Positions 32,100-42,435 are shown, counted from the stretch's first letter. The stretch is 64,000 nt of DNA from Planctomycetota bacterium (GCA_036479435.1 JAZGFI010000113.1:25689-89688), one strand, 5' to 3'. Program-made: numbers and translations. Notes: generated by a model from the letters alone, not told the origin.

Positions 32100-33329
32100 A
32101 TGCCATCATTTAGATACAAAGCCAAAAACCAAAAAGGTGAATTGGTCTCGGGAAAGATCACGGGCGGGAATCAAGAAGAAGCCGCCCAGAAGCTCGAACG
32201 TCAACATCTCGTCGTCGTCAAAATCAAAGCGCTAGAAAACAAAGGGCGCAGCAAGATCGAAAAACGCGCGAAGCGGGCCAGGCCTAGTGTTCAAAAGGGC
32301 GAGCTTGAACTGTTCACTCGTCAGCTCTCGACGATGATCTCGGCTGGTATTCCCCTATTGGAATGCTTAGAGATCCAGCGAGAACAGGCTGAGTCGCCGG
32401 GTTTCGCGAAGTGTTTGATGCTCGTCATCGAGGATATTCGCGGCGGTTCTGACCTCTCAGTTTCGATGGGAAGGCACCCCAGGGTTTTCACTGAGATCTA
32501 CGTCAGCATGATCCGCGCCGGCGAGGAATCTGGCCAACTAGACGACATCTTGACGCGACTCGCCGAGTACCTTGAGGCGGCGGCGGCGCTGAAAAGCGAG
32601 ATCAAAGCGGCCATGACCTATCCGGTCGTGTCCCTGGTTTTGGTCACGGCTATCACCGCGTTCTTGATGATCGTGATCGTGCCGAAGTTCAAGGCGATTT
32701 TCGACGGCTTGAGGGTGGAGCTGCCGGCTTTCACCGTTGCCGTCCTGAAAGTCAGTCTGTTCATGAAGAACCACGCGATCATGACTGCCCTAGGTCTCGG
32801 TTTCGGTTTCTTTGCTCTTCATATGTGGCGCAAGACGGAGACGGGAACCAAAGTTTGTGACCAGATCCTCATGCGATCGCCGGTCTTTGGGCCCTTGTTT
32901 CGAAAAGTAGCCTTATCCAGGTTCTCGCGAACTTTTTCAACGCTCATCAAAAGTGGAGTTCCGATTCTCGGCTCACTGGAGATTGTGGCCGACACCGCCG
33001 GCAACTACTTGGTTCGGCGCGCGGTCCTCGAAGCGCTAGAGGAAGTGCGCCGCGGCGAACCTCTCGCGGAGCCGCTCGCTCAACATTGGATCTTTCCACC
33101 GATGGTGACGCGGATGGTCGGCATCGGCGAAAAATCTGGCGCTCTCGAAACCTTGCTATCCAAGATCGCCGATTTCTACGACCAACAAGTAGAGACTGAT
33201 GTGAAGTCCCTAACCAGTTTGATCGAGCCCTTAATGATCGGATTGATGGGGATCATGGTGGGCGGGATCGTCCTCGCCGTCTTCATGCCGATCATGAAAC
33301 TTCAGCAATCGCTCACTCCAGGCGCCTAA
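32100..33329 (+). CDS. pilC: Type IV pilus platform protein PilC (GspF family)
   Basis: FTRQLSTMISAG, GEESGQL, AMTYP, GEKSG, LIEP; 3 TMs. Confidence 0.95.
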   Translation: MPSFRYKAKNQKGELVSGKITGGNQEEAAQKLERQHLVVVKIKALENKGRSKIEKRAKRARPSVQKGELELFTRQLSTMISAGIPLLECLEIQREQAESPGFAKCLMLVIEDIRGGSDLSVSMGRHPRVFTEIYVSMIRAGEESGQLDDILTRLAEYLEAAAALKSEIKAAMTYPVVSLVLVTAITAFLMIVIVPKFKAIFDGLRVELPAFTVAVLKVSLFMKNHAIMTALGLGFGFFALHMWRKTETGTKVCDQILMRSPVFGPLFRKVALSRFSRTFSTLIKSGVPILGSLEIVADTAGNYLVRRAVLEALEEVRRGEPLAEPLAQHWIFPPMVTRMVGIGEKSGALETLLSKIADFYDQQVETDVKSLTSLIEPLMIGLMGIMVGGIVLAVFMPIMKLQQSLTPGA

Positions 33330-33360
33330 GCGACCAGGAGAAATCTGCTCAATGAATGTT

Positions 33361-33393
33361 GCATGCCTTGAGACCTCGAGTCTCAAGGCATGC
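33361..33393. repeat. Perfect 14-bp inverted repeat without U-tract
   Basis: GCATGCCTTGAGAC-CTCGA-GTCTCAAGGCATGC. Confidence 0.85.
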
Positions 33394-33496
33394 GCCACTC
33401 CAGGCTTTGGAGGCCATTGATGCTGCATTTGCTGAGCGTTCACACCAAGGTTTTCTCTCAATACCCATTCATACCCAGCACTGAATTTTCATTAGC

Positions 33497-33525
33497 TCAA
33501 AAGTCTGGGCAGGGAGTTCCGATAA
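33497..33525 (+). promoter_or_regulatory. Candidate sigma28-like promoter TCAAA-N16-TCCGATAA
   Basis: Motif 43 nt upstream of the TPR gene. Confidence 0.5.
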
Positions 33526-33567
33526 GTCCGGTGCCGCCGACACGGGCGGTTAGTCAAAGAAAGAACC

Positions 33568-34383
33568 ATGCGCAAAGTCCTCACCAAAAGCAGATTCAAA
33601 AACGGCCGCCGCCTTCTGTATCCAGTTGGCGCGCTTTTGGTCGCAGCTTTGGTCTACGCCGGTTTCTTTCACGTCGCAGAGCCCGACCCTGAGGTCTTGC
33701 TGGCATCAGCAGAGGTGTACGCACACTCAGGTCTTTACGAAGAGGCGAAAGAGATCGCTTTTCAAGTCCTCAAGGAGAAACCGGATAGCGTTGATGCCCG
33801 TCTCATCTTGGGACTTGTGGCCGAACGAACTGGTGACCTCGACGCTGCTCTTGGGATTTACGAAAAACTGAAACGAGAAGTTGACGGCGCCACGAAACGC
33901 CGGCGATTGGAGCTGAGTTGCATTGACCTTGAGCGAAGGCTGCAGCGCTTCGAAAGCGCCAAGGCTCGTGTCGCGGCGAGCCGCGAAGCCGGTGACAAAA
34001 ATCCCCAGCTTGAGCGAATCCTGGGCGTGATTGCTTTCGATGAAGGCCACACGACGGTCGCGATTCGACACTTCGAATCCTACCTAACGATGGTGCCCGA
34101 AAGCGAAGAAGCTAAGAGCCTGTTGATCCAGGCGCAGCTATCGAATGGACAAACCTCAAAGGCTCGTGACTTGTTGTCACGAGTTGATGAAAAGTCGCAA
34201 ACCTGTTGGCCCTTGTGGCCGAGGTTGGCGCGCACCTGCCTTGAGGCAGGTGATGAGGAGGGCGCACTCGCGGCGCTTTCCCGTTACGCCGAACTTGATG
34301 CCCACGCACAAAACCGTCTTCGCCAAAACGAATACTGGCGGTCGCGTGTGGAAAGCGGGGAGTTCAGCGAAATCTTCAATTGA
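33568..34383 (+). CDS. Membrane-anchored TPR protein
   Basis: TM then TPR units (GLYEEAKE..PDSVDARLILG..GDLDAALGIY). Confidence 0.85.
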   Translation: MRKVLTKSRFKNGRRLLYPVGALLVAALVYAGFFHVAEPDPEVLLASAEVYAHSGLYEEAKEIAFQVLKEKPDSVDARLILGLVAERTGDLDAALGIYEKLKREVDGATKRRRLELSCIDLERRLQRFESAKARVAASREAGDKNPQLERILGVIAFDEGHTTVAIRHFESYLTMVPESEEAKSLLIQAQLSNGQTSKARDLLSRVDEKSQTCWPLWPRLARTCLEAGDEEGALAALSRYAELDAHAQNRLRQNEYWRSRVESGEFSEIFN

Positions 34384-34564
34384 AGACGGGAGGCGTCCCT
34401 TGGGATTCGAGGCGAAGAAGTCGAGAGATCGGCTCACCGCATCGAGTCGCGAAGGCGCCACTCCGATCAAATGGCGACGACGGGGCTTTTGCTCTGCACC
34501 GCAACGCGATCGGATCAATGCAGTGTGGAACGTATAAATACGAACCAAAGGAGAGTCCACAACG

Positions 34565-35284
34565 GTGAAGAACTTTAAGAACCAGGGTTTTACCCTTATC
34601 GAATTGATGATCGTCGTCGCTATTATCGCGATCATCGCCGCTATCGCGGTACCGAACTTGCTTAGCGCGCGTCTTGCCGCTAACGAGTCCAACGCGATTG
34701 CGACCTTGCGTAACCTCGTGTCCGCGCAGGCCCAGCTTCAGCAGATGGGTCTCATGGACGCCGATACCGATGGTACCGGCGAGTACGGGTACTTCGGAGA
34801 CCTCTCGGGTCTCTACAACCTCGGTCAGCACGCTGGCGCCGCCGCGTCTGTCAACCTCGTTGACCCGCCGCTGCTCGGCGCGTCTTTCCGTAACGTCAAC
34901 GGCGATGGCCGTATCGTTCGCGGTGGCTACATCTTCCAGATCTTCCTTCCGGATGACGCTGGTGATGGTGTGGTCGAAGATGGTGGCGCGACGGTCTTCG
35001 CTGTCGACGCCGACAACTGCGAAGTGGCTTGGTGCTGCTACGCCTGGCCCATCGACTTCGCCAACACCGGTCGTCGTGCGTTCTTCGTGAACCAGTCGGG
35101 AGAAATCCTTGCGACCGGTAACGCGTCGGACCTCTACTCCGGCGACGGCGCTGGCTTGTTCCCGACCGCTGGCGATGCTTTCGCCGGTACGGTTGACGAA
35201 GCTGCCACTGATGTTGCGATCATGGTCCCGCTTAGCCCGGGTACTGCGACCACCGACGGCGTGGTTTGGAACGGCGTTCAGTAA
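34565..35284 (+). CDS. pilA: Type IV pilin (probable major pilin)
   Basis: AAGGAG RBS; short basic leader, G|FTLIELMIVVAIIAIIAAIA; biased codons (CGT/GGT/GCT/AAC); own terminator. Confidence 0.9.
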   Translation: MKNFKNQGFTLIELMIVVAIIAIIAAIAVPNLLSARLAANESNAIATLRNLVSAQAQLQQMGLMDADTDGTGEYGYFGDLSGLYNLGQHAGAAASVNLVDPPLLGASFRNVNGDGRIVRGGYIFQIFLPDDAGDGVVEDGGATVFAVDADNCEVAWCCYAWPIDFANTGRRAFFVNQSGEILATGNASDLYSGDGAGLFPTAGDAFAGTVDEAATDVAIMVPLSPGTATTDGVVWNGVQ

Positions 35285-35308
35285 GCTGAACCTCGTTTGA
35301 AGTAGATC

Positions 35309-35345
35309 AAAGGGGCGTGATTCCTTCGGGGATCGCGCCCCTTTT
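35309..35345. terminator. Bidirectional terminator between pilin and tatD
   Basis: AAAGGGGCGTGAT..TTCG..ATCGCGCCCCTTTT. Confidence 0.85.
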
Positions 35346-35368
35346 CTCATCACGCTCTTTGGTGGCGT

Positions 35369-36127
35369 CTAAATGCCAAAGAGCCTTCGCGTGTTGCTGG
35401 TGGTTGCGGCGTCGGCCTCGGCCAAGCTCAGGCCGCGAACTTCGGCGAGTTTCTGCAGGGTGGCCGACAAGTAGGCCGGTTCGTTTCTTTTGCCGCGCCA
35501 AGCTTGGGGTGGCAGAAAAGGGCAATCAGTCTCGACGTGAATGCGGTCCGCGGGCGCTAAGCGGCAACACTCTCTTAGACCTTCGTTCTTTTTGTAGGTC
35601 AGCGGCCCTGCAAAGCTGATGTCGAATCCTAGGGCTAGGCTGCGCTCCATTGCCGCCAAGTCTCCAGAGAAGCAATGCATGACGCCCGCGGGGATTTCGG
35701 AATGTGCCTCAAGGATTTCCAAGAGCGCATCCCATGCGTCCCGACAATGGACAACAAGTGGAAGGTCATGGCGCAGCGCAAGATCAATTTGCCTCAGCAA
35801 GGCTGCGCGTTGATCTTTGGGAGTCGTCCGGTCCCAGTAGTAATCAAGACCCGTCTCGCCTACGGCGACGCACTCGCCCTCGGCCAGGAGTGCCTCAAGA
35901 GCATCCCAGTCTTGCTCTTGGAGATCGCCGATGTCAGTGGGATGAAAGCCTGCCGTTGGGTAGACATCCGCCCTTAGGCTGGCGAGTTTGATAGCGGCAC
36001 GGCTGGATGCCAAATCGCAGCCGACGACCACAAAGGCCTCGACGCCTTCGGCGCATGCGCGATCGAAAACGGCATTGCGGTCGTCATCAAAGCGGTCGAA
36101 GTATAGATGGGCGTGGGAGTCAATCAT
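35369..36127 (-). CDS. tatD: TatD family nuclease
   Basis: DSHAH, GETGLDY, VHCRDA, HCFSG, ETDCPFL. Confidence 0.95.
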   Translation of the reverse strand: MIDSHAHLYFDRFDDDRNAVFDRACAEGVEAFVVVGCDLASSRAAIKLASLRADVYPTAGFHPTDIGDLQEQDWDALEALLAEGECVAVGETGLDYYWDRTTPKDQRAALLRQIDLALRHDLPLVVHCRDAWDALLEILEAHSEIPAGVMHCFSGDLAAMERSLALGFDISFAGPLTYKKNEGLRECCRLAPADRIHVETDCPFLPPQAWRGKRNEPAYLSATLQKLAEVRGLSLAEADAATTSNTRRLFGI

Positions 36128-36208
36128 GTCGGAATGCTATTCGATGATGGAATTCGTGGCGAGGGTCGCATAGTTTATCGCCTTCTAACACCTAAGGATC
36201 TAGTTCCG

Positions 36209-37219
36209 ATGAATGACAACGACCGGCAAAGCAATCGCAGCACCATGTTTGAAGAGGTCCTTACGGTCTTGAACGCCGGGCAGAGGTTCGTGGTAACCGG
36301 CCACGAGATGGTCGACGGCGACTCCACGGGCTGCGAGTTGGCTTTGCACTACGGCCTGAAGAGCCTCGGTAAGACCGTTGAGATCGTCAACAACGAGACG
36401 ATCATGGATCGTTACCAGTTTCTCGACCCTGAAGGGCATTGTGGAGTTTTCGACGCCGCGGCCTTTTCGCGCCAGCTCGAGGCTGCGGACGCGATGATCG
36501 TCGTCGACAACAATTCTTGGTCAAGGCTGCGGGATCTTGAGCCAGCGGCAAGGGCCTTTGAGAAACCGGTGATCTGCATCGATCATCACCGGGTCTCGGA
36601 GCCGTTTTCGGCCTGGCATCTTTACGACACCGCTGCCGCGGCAACCGGCGAGCTCGTCTTTGATCTCTTGAAGGCGCTCGGGGCGACCATTGACGCTGCT
36701 GCCGCCGAGGCACTCTTTGTGGCGCTGACGGCTGATACTGGCTGGTTTCGTTACTCAAATACCACGCGCCGGAGTTTTGACATCGCGCGAGAATTAGTCG
36801 ACTGCGGTGCCGATCCCGACCGTGTCAATCGCGAGACCAACTACCAAGAGACCCTCGAGCTGCGCCGGCTGATGGGCCGATTATGGAACGGCGTTCAGAC
36901 TGCATGCAACGGCAAGGTCGCCTGGGGCGTCTTGAGTCAGGAAATGGTGCGAGCAGAAGGTGTGCGGATGAAGGACACCGACGGCTTCATCGACGAGCTG
37001 CGAACCCTGAAGGGCGTCGGAATCGTCGCTCTGATCAAAGAGCTAGCAAACGGTGAAATCAAGTTGTCCCTACGTTCGTCACCGCCGTACTCAGCGCACG
37101 CTGTCGCCACGCAATTGGGCGGGGGAGGGCATCGTCACGCCTCCGGCGCGACCCTAAAAGGTCCGCTCGCAGAAGCGGTGGAGCGAGTTGCAGGCTTGAT
37201 GATGGCCGCTTCGAACTAG
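36209..37219 (+). CDS. nrnA: DHH/DHHA1 phosphoesterase (NrnA-like)
   Basis: H..DGD, VVD, IDHH, DTGWF, SLRS, GGGGH. Confidence 0.92.
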   Translation: MNDNDRQSNRSTMFEEVLTVLNAGQRFVVTGHEMVDGDSTGCELALHYGLKSLGKTVEIVNNETIMDRYQFLDPEGHCGVFDAAAFSRQLEAADAMIVVDNNSWSRLRDLEPAARAFEKPVICIDHHRVSEPFSAWHLYDTAAAATGELVFDLLKALGATIDAAAAEALFVALTADTGWFRYSNTTRRSFDIARELVDCGADPDRVNRETNYQETLELRRLMGRLWNGVQTACNGKVAWGVLSQEMVRAEGVRMKDTDGFIDELRTLKGVGIVALIKELANGEIKLSLRSSPPYSAHAVATQLGGGGHRHASGATLKGPLAEAVERVAGLMMAASN

Positions 37220-37286
37220 TGGTCCGCAATGCAAATTCGTGACGCGAATCTACTTTGCGAACCGCTTCAATTGAGGCGGCTGCGGT

Positions 37287-38933
37287 CTACATCCCTTGGT
37301 ATTTCGGCCCGCCAGCGTCACTTGGCACGGACCAAGTAATGACTTGGTAGGGGTCCATGATGTCGCAAGTCTTGCAGTGGACGCAATTCGAGAAGTTGAT
37401 CTGCATTTGCTTTTTGTCTTGGCCCGGCACCTCGACCATTTCGTAGACCTCAGCCGGGCAGAATTTCTCGCAGGGATTGCCGTACTCTTCGGCGCATTTC
37501 GTTGCACACAGGTTGGTGTCGGCAATTTTTAGGTGGCTCGGCTGGTGCTCGTTGTGAATCGCCCCCGCGTTGAACACCCCGGTGGACTTGTCGAAAGTCA
37601 AAGTCCCATCGGCGGCGGTCATGGCGCCTTCGTTGGGTCCTTGAGTCCACTCCGATTGTTTTTTCATCGACTCGTGGTCGGCGTGGAGCGGCGCCGGATC
37701 GCGAAGCAGACGGCCGCCGACCATGGAAGCCAAGTTGGAAAGCAATCCGCCGACCCAAAACCCGTAGCGGAACGCGCTGCGATAGTTGCGGGTCTTTTTG
37801 AGTTCAGTGGCTAGCCAGGACGATTGGAATCGATCTTCGTAGCTTTTGAGCGCGGCGTTCGCAAAATCACTTTTTTCCAGACATTCTGCGAGCGTTTCCG
37901 CGCAAAGCTGCCCCGACTTCATTGCCGTGTGAATGCCCTTCAAGCGAGCGATGTTTAGAAGGCTCCCGGAGTCCCCAAGAATCAGAAAGCCGTCGCCGTA
38001 GCTTTTGGGTCGTGACCAATAACCGCCCTCGGGTACGGTCTTGGCGCCTGATTTTACCAAGCTGCCCCCATCGAGAAGTCCCTTCACCAGTGGATGCGTC
38101 TTCCACTGCTGCATGGTGACGTAGGGGTCAAAGTTGGGGTCGCCCCCATCCAGTGCGGCGACAAAGCCAATGGAGACTCGGGTGTCGGAAAGGGCGTAGA
38201 TCCAAGAACCACCGTAGTGGTTCGAAGCGAGAGGCCAGCCGGCGGTGTGCCAGATTTCTCCGGCCTTGATAAGCCCTTCGGAGACATCCCAAATCTCTTT
38301 GATGCCGGTCCCGTAGCTTTGTGGGTTGCGACCCTGCAGCTGAAGCTTATCGACGAGTATTTTTGTCAGTGACCCTCGTGATCCCTCGCCGAAGACAGTG
38401 ACTTTGGCCTTGATGTCGGTGCCGGGCATGAACGATGCGCCCGGGTTTCCCTCGGCGTCGAGCCCCATGTCCATCGTGCGCACGCCCACGACGCGATCGT
38501 CTTCGAAGAGGATCTCGTGGCCAGGGAAAGCCTCGACGATCATGACGCCGCATTCCTCGGCCTTTTCCTTCATCCACATCACGACCTTGGAGAGGCTCAC
38601 GATGACGTTGCCGTGGTTCTTCAGGGGCGGCGGGACGATGGGGAACTTTTTGGAACCGTTTTTGCTGAGGTAGTAAACTTTTTCGTTGCTGACCTCGGCG
38701 TCGACGGGGCACTCTTTTTGCCAATCCGCGCCAAAAATCTCAGCGATGCCTCGCGGATCCATGATCGCGCCGGAGAGAATGTGGTCGCCGACGTTCTGGC
38801 TTTTCTCAATAACGGCGATTTCTGCCTCTCGACCGCTTTCCTCAAGCGTTTTGGCGAGCTGGTAGGCGGCGGCCAAGTTGGCGGGGCCGGCACCGACGAA
38901 AAGGACATCGACTTCGAGTTGTTCGCGTTCCAT
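37287..38933 (-). CDS. Electron transfer flavoprotein-ubiquinone oxidoreductase
   Basis: VGAGPA, HILSGA, KGIHTAMKSG, FCPAEVYE, NCVHCKTCDI.DP. Confidence 0.95.
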   Translation of the reverse strand: MEREQLEVDVLFVGAGPANLAAAYQLAKTLEESGREAEIAVIEKSQNVGDHILSGAIMDPRGIAEIFGADWQKECPVDAEVSNEKVYYLSKNGSKKFPIVPPPLKNHGNVIVSLSKVVMWMKEKAEECGVMIVEAFPGHEILFEDDRVVGVRTMDMGLDAEGNPGASFMPGTDIKAKVTVFGEGSRGSLTKILVDKLQLQGRNPQSYGTGIKEIWDVSEGLIKAGEIWHTAGWPLASNHYGGSWIYALSDTRVSIGFVAALDGGDPNFDPYVTMQQWKTHPLVKGLLDGGSLVKSGAKTVPEGGYWSRPKSYGDGFLILGDSGSLLNIARLKGIHTAMKSGQLCAETLAECLEKSDFANAALKSYEDRFQSSWLATELKKTRNYRSAFRYGFWVGGLLSNLASMVGGRLLRDPAPLHADHESMKKQSEWTQGPNEGAMTAADGTLTFDKSTGVFNAGAIHNEHQPSHLKIADTNLCATKCAEEYGNPCEKFCPAEVYEMVEVPGQDKKQMQINFSNCVHCKTCDIMDPYQVITWSVPSDAGGPKYQGM

Positions 38934-38994
38934 CGACCATCCTAACGGGGCATAAGGGAGGGGCGAAGGGCAAGACTAAGCGAGATTGAGGCGC

Positions 38995-39022
38995 TTGATG
39001 AGGTCCTTTTGCCACCTATAAT
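38995..39022 (+). promoter_or_regulatory. sigma70 promoter TTGATG-N16-TATAAT for tRNA-Cys
   Basis: Perfect -10 13 nt upstream of the tRNA. Confidence 0.7.
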
Positions 39023-39035
39023 ACGGCGCTTTCGT

Positions 39036-39106
39036 GGTGGTGTGGCCGAATGGTTAGGCAACGGATTGCAAATCCGTGTATCCCGGTTCGATTCCGGGCG
39101 CCACCT
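39036..39106 (+). tRNA. tRNA-Cys(GCA), CCA not encoded
   Basis: Acceptor GGTGGTG/CGCCACC, anticodon arm ACGGA-TTGCAAA-TCCGT, T loop GGTTCGATTCC, U discriminator. Confidence 0.96.
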
Positions 39107-39165
39107 CTAATAAATTTGAAGGCCCGCGCAGCCCTGCGTTGCCTTCTCCGGGCCTGGAATACTCG

Positions 39166-40134
39166 ATGACCGCTTGGTTGCAATTCGGCGGCGGACTTGT
39201 CCTTTTGCTCATCGGCGCCGACGCTTTTGTCCGCGGATGCGTCAGCTTGGCCTTACGCCTCAAGATATCCCCCACCACGGTGGGGCTTACCATCGTGGCT
39301 TTGGGCACCTCTCTCCCCGAGTTGGTCATCGGGGTCATGGACAATCAAACTGGCAGCGGCGCCGTCGCGGTGAGCGCCATGTTGGGCTCAAACCTCTTCA
39401 ACATTGGCTGCGTGCTCGCCCTCACCTCGATTATTTATCCGATCGCGATCTTGGGACGGACCGTCCGCCTCGAATACCCCTTCATGCTAGGCACCGTGCT
39501 GCTGTTGTGGTGGCTGCTTTACTCCCAGGGCGAGCCCATTGTCTTGGATCGCAGCGACGGCGTGGTGCTGTTGATGTCGAGTTTGGCCTTCGTTGCGTTC
39601 TTGATCGTGCGCGCGAAATTCTACGCTAGCCGTCGCTTCAAAACTCAGGTCGAAGAGACGCTTGAGGACGCTGACATGCCGTCGATGGGGGTCGCCGGAA
39701 TGCTGGCCTTCATCATCGTTGGGCCGGTTTTGCTTTTCTTCGGCGGAGACTTGAGCCTTGAGGGTGCGCGTTCGCTCGCCCAATCTTGGGGCTGGAGCGA
39801 ATACGTTATCGGATTGACGGTGGTGGCCTTTTCAACCAGCGCACCGGAGCTCGCAGTTTCGGCCGTCGCGGCGTTCCGCAAAAATACCGAAGTCGCGATC
39901 GGCAACGTCATCGGGTCTTGCATCTTTAACCTGGGACTCGTTCTGGGTCTCTCGAGTATCCTAAAGCCTTTGCCGGTGGAGAGTCGCGTTCTTCATGAGG
40001 ACATTTGCTGGCTGGCCGGGTTCACTGTCTTGGTCTTGCCCTTGATGCTCTACGGCCGCCGTTTGGGGCCTTGGGATGGCGTCTTATTGCTGGTCGCCTT
40101 CCTCACTTATTACGGAATCTTGATCTTTGGCTGA
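39166..40134 (+). CDS. Calcium/sodium antiporter (YrbG/CaCA family)
   Basis: GTSLPE..GSNLFN and STSAPE..GNVIGSCIFN alpha repeats; about 10 TMs. Confidence 0.93.
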   Translation: MTAWLQFGGGLVLLLIGADAFVRGCVSLALRLKISPTTVGLTIVALGTSLPELVIGVMDNQTGSGAVAVSAMLGSNLFNIGCVLALTSIIYPIAILGRTVRLEYPFMLGTVLLLWWLLYSQGEPIVLDRSDGVVLLMSSLAFVAFLIVRAKFYASRRFKTQVEETLEDADMPSMGVAGMLAFIIVGPVLLFFGGDLSLEGARSLAQSWGWSEYVIGLTVVAFSTSAPELAVSAVAAFRKNTEVAIGNVIGSCIFNLGLVLGLSSILKPLPVESRVLHEDICWLAGFTVLVLPLMLYGRRLGPWDGVLLLVAFLTYYGILIFG

Positions 40135-40251
40135 AGTCAGCGCACCGCGGGTGGGTCGTCATTCATGCGGTGTTTTCGCTAAGTTCCGCTAACTCCATGT
40201 GGCTTCGGTTAGACTCCAAACCTTGCTCCTTCAGGTCATGGAGAACACGAC

Positions 40252-42435
40252 ATGAACAATTTCTGCCTTTGCGCCCGAACCCTGATCTTGGCATTGGCAA
40301 TGTTTTTGCCAGCCTTGGTACAGGCCCAAGTCTGTCCCAATCCCACGCCATTTGCTTTTGATGGTCTGAATGGCAACGGACTTCCGTCTCAAGACAATCG
40401 CGCCATCTTGAACGTGAACACTCGTACCGATTCCTCCGACGCGGCGAATTCTGACAACACCGCGCACGTTGGTCTGGGTGAGGCTCTCACGATCACCTTC
40501 GAGGATGCCCGAGTTCCCGCGGGCTCTCCCTTCGCGATTTCCTTGAGCCTTGGCGTGCTCAGCACGGCCATTGGCAACCCAGTGACTATCGACGGTTTGG
40601 TTTGGCTGGACGTCTTTGGCGCGGGGAACCTATTCAACATCATTGACGGCATTGGCTTTGGCGGGATTCCCAATCCCTTCGCCACGACGGCCGGGCCAGG
40701 ATTTGAAAACTCGCTTTTTTTGAACGTCGGGAATGACGCCAACTTGAACGGCATGTGCATCACCGTGCAAGCGCTGGTACTGGACCCCGCTGCCCCCGCG
40801 CCATTTTTTCTGTCTTTTTCGAATCCGATTGCGGTCGGATTCCAGCCGACCATCCAGGCATCGTTGCCTTCGTTCGGCCCCGCCGGCAACTTTACCGTCA
40901 TCTCGGCGGCCGGTGCCAATCCCAGCGGAGGCGATACCATCACCTTCGCGCCCATGCAGACGACGGTGACCCAATCCAGTGGACTGACGCCCGTGCCGAG
41001 TGGTGCGATTTCGGGCCAAATGATCATCGACGCCAACGGCGTGCCGGGCATCGCGAGCGATGACGAAATTACCGACTACTTTGCCGTGACCGATACGGTG
41101 ACGGTGACCACACCTGGCTTGTTGACGACGACCCTCGATCCTGCGATTCCGATTATTAGTGCGAGCCGTGCCACCGGAATTGCCACCTTGGCCAGTTCCG
41201 GCTCAAGCGATTTTTGGACGATCAACCTAAACCCCGGTGACATCATCGACATTGAGGTCTACAGCATCAATGGTGCCCTGACCCGGCTCCTCGATGGTCG
41301 CGGAAATGCCGCGGACCTCTTCGCCACTGAGGGTTTCGATCCCAACGTCGCCTTGCAGGTTGCATCGAACTTGGACCCGCTCATTTTTGACGCCGCAACA
41401 GGCGTGCAAAACCTTCACTTCGACGACGACAGCGGCCCTGCCAACAACGCTCATTTGCGCTGGCAGGCCCGTTTCCAGTCCACCTACAACATCATTGTTA
41501 GCGACAGTGATCCGAGTTCTTTTGTCAGCGGTGGCTATCTGCTGAATGTACGAGTGACGTCCGGAAGCCCCGTGGTTCAAGGATTTGTCGATTCGACTTC
41601 GACACCGGTCGCCACGGCGACTCGGATTAACATCGTGCCGCAGGGCGGAGCCTTTCGCATTGTCGGACCAAACTTTTTGCAGGGGCGGTTCTACGACGTG
41701 ACTTTACGGCCACGGGTTGGCGCCCCCTTCGTCGACCGCGTTGTGACCTCTTTGTCGACGGCGACCAACGGCGAGTTGTTGGTGTCGCTTCCGGCTGCCA
41801 CCGTCGGGCAGTTGCCCATTGGCTTGCACCAAGTGGTGGTGACGGAGCTCCTCACCGCCCAATCGGGCATGGTTTGGGATAACTCGCAGTTTTCCCCGGT
41901 GACTGGCGTCCTCCCCGACTTGCTCTGCATTCGAGGGGCCACCACCACGACGGCGGTGGTGAATGCGGCAACTGGCAACGTCACGATGATTGGGAACCAA
42001 AACAACGAGTCCGTCCTTTTTCGCCCACCCGTTCTCGCCCCAACGATGAACTTGGGAAATGGATTCGTTCAGGCCACGGACCCCGGTGGTTCCACAGTTG
42101 CCTACGCCGAGGCGCTTGGCGTCAACGAATCGAATTTCGACCTCTTTGATTCCAACACCGCTGCAGGCACGGCAAACGGCATTTATAACCCGATCATTAG
42201 CAACTTCTACCCGACCCTGGCCGTCCCTGGGCCCTACAACGACGACGACGGCCTCTTGCCGTTCCCGACCTTTGGGGGGCAAGCCGCCGGAATTGGACAC
42301 AGTGCGGCCTACATCGACTTCGATGGACCACAGCTGTTTCCGGCCGGGGGCAATTACTTGTATTTGATCCGTGAGAACATCATTTTTGGGCCAACGGCGA
42401 ATCACGCCTGCCTCGTGAACATCGTCTTCATGTAG
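40252..42435 (+). CDS. Secreted beta-rich multidomain protein with PPC-like domains
   Basis: GGAG RBS, Sec signal (VQA|Q), QALVLDP..SN module, DFWTINLNPGD..FDP..DDDSG PPC-like motif, second NDDDG. Confidence 0.75.
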   Translation: MNNFCLCARTLILALAMFLPALVQAQVCPNPTPFAFDGLNGNGLPSQDNRAILNVNTRTDSSDAANSDNTAHVGLGEALTITFEDARVPAGSPFAISLSLGVLSTAIGNPVTIDGLVWLDVFGAGNLFNIIDGIGFGGIPNPFATTAGPGFENSLFLNVGNDANLNGMCITVQALVLDPAAPAPFFLSFSNPIAVGFQPTIQASLPSFGPAGNFTVISAAGANPSGGDTITFAPMQTTVTQSSGLTPVPSGAISGQMIIDANGVPGIASDDEITDYFAVTDTVTVTTPGLLTTTLDPAIPIISASRATGIATLASSGSSDFWTINLNPGDIIDIEVYSINGALTRLLDGRGNAADLFATEGFDPNVALQVASNLDPLIFDAATGVQNLHFDDDSGPANNAHLRWQARFQSTYNIIVSDSDPSSFVSGGYLLNVRVTSGSPVVQGFVDSTSTPVATATRINIVPQGGAFRIVGPNFLQGRFYDVTLRPRVGAPFVDRVVTSLSTATNGELLVSLPAATVGQLPIGLHQVVVTELLTAQSGMVWDNSQFSPVTGVLPDLLCIRGATTTTAVVNAATGNVTMIGNQNNESVLFRPPVLAPTMNLGNGFVQATDPGGSTVAYAEALGVNESNFDLFDSNTAAGTANGIYNPIISNFYPTLAVPGPYNDDDGLLPFPTFGGQAAGIGHSAAYIDFDGPQLFPAGGNYLYLIRENIIFGPTANHACLVNIVFM

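Noticed and set aside
34376..35353. 325-aa antisense ORF over the pilin (and similar ones at 10357, 12572, 61761, 62754)
   Set aside because: Typical antisense shadows of codon-biased high-GC genes; no motifs
39104..39110. tRNA-Cys pseudogene because it ends CTA rather than CCA
   Set aside because: Many bacteria add CCA enzymatically; the cloverleaf and promoter are intact
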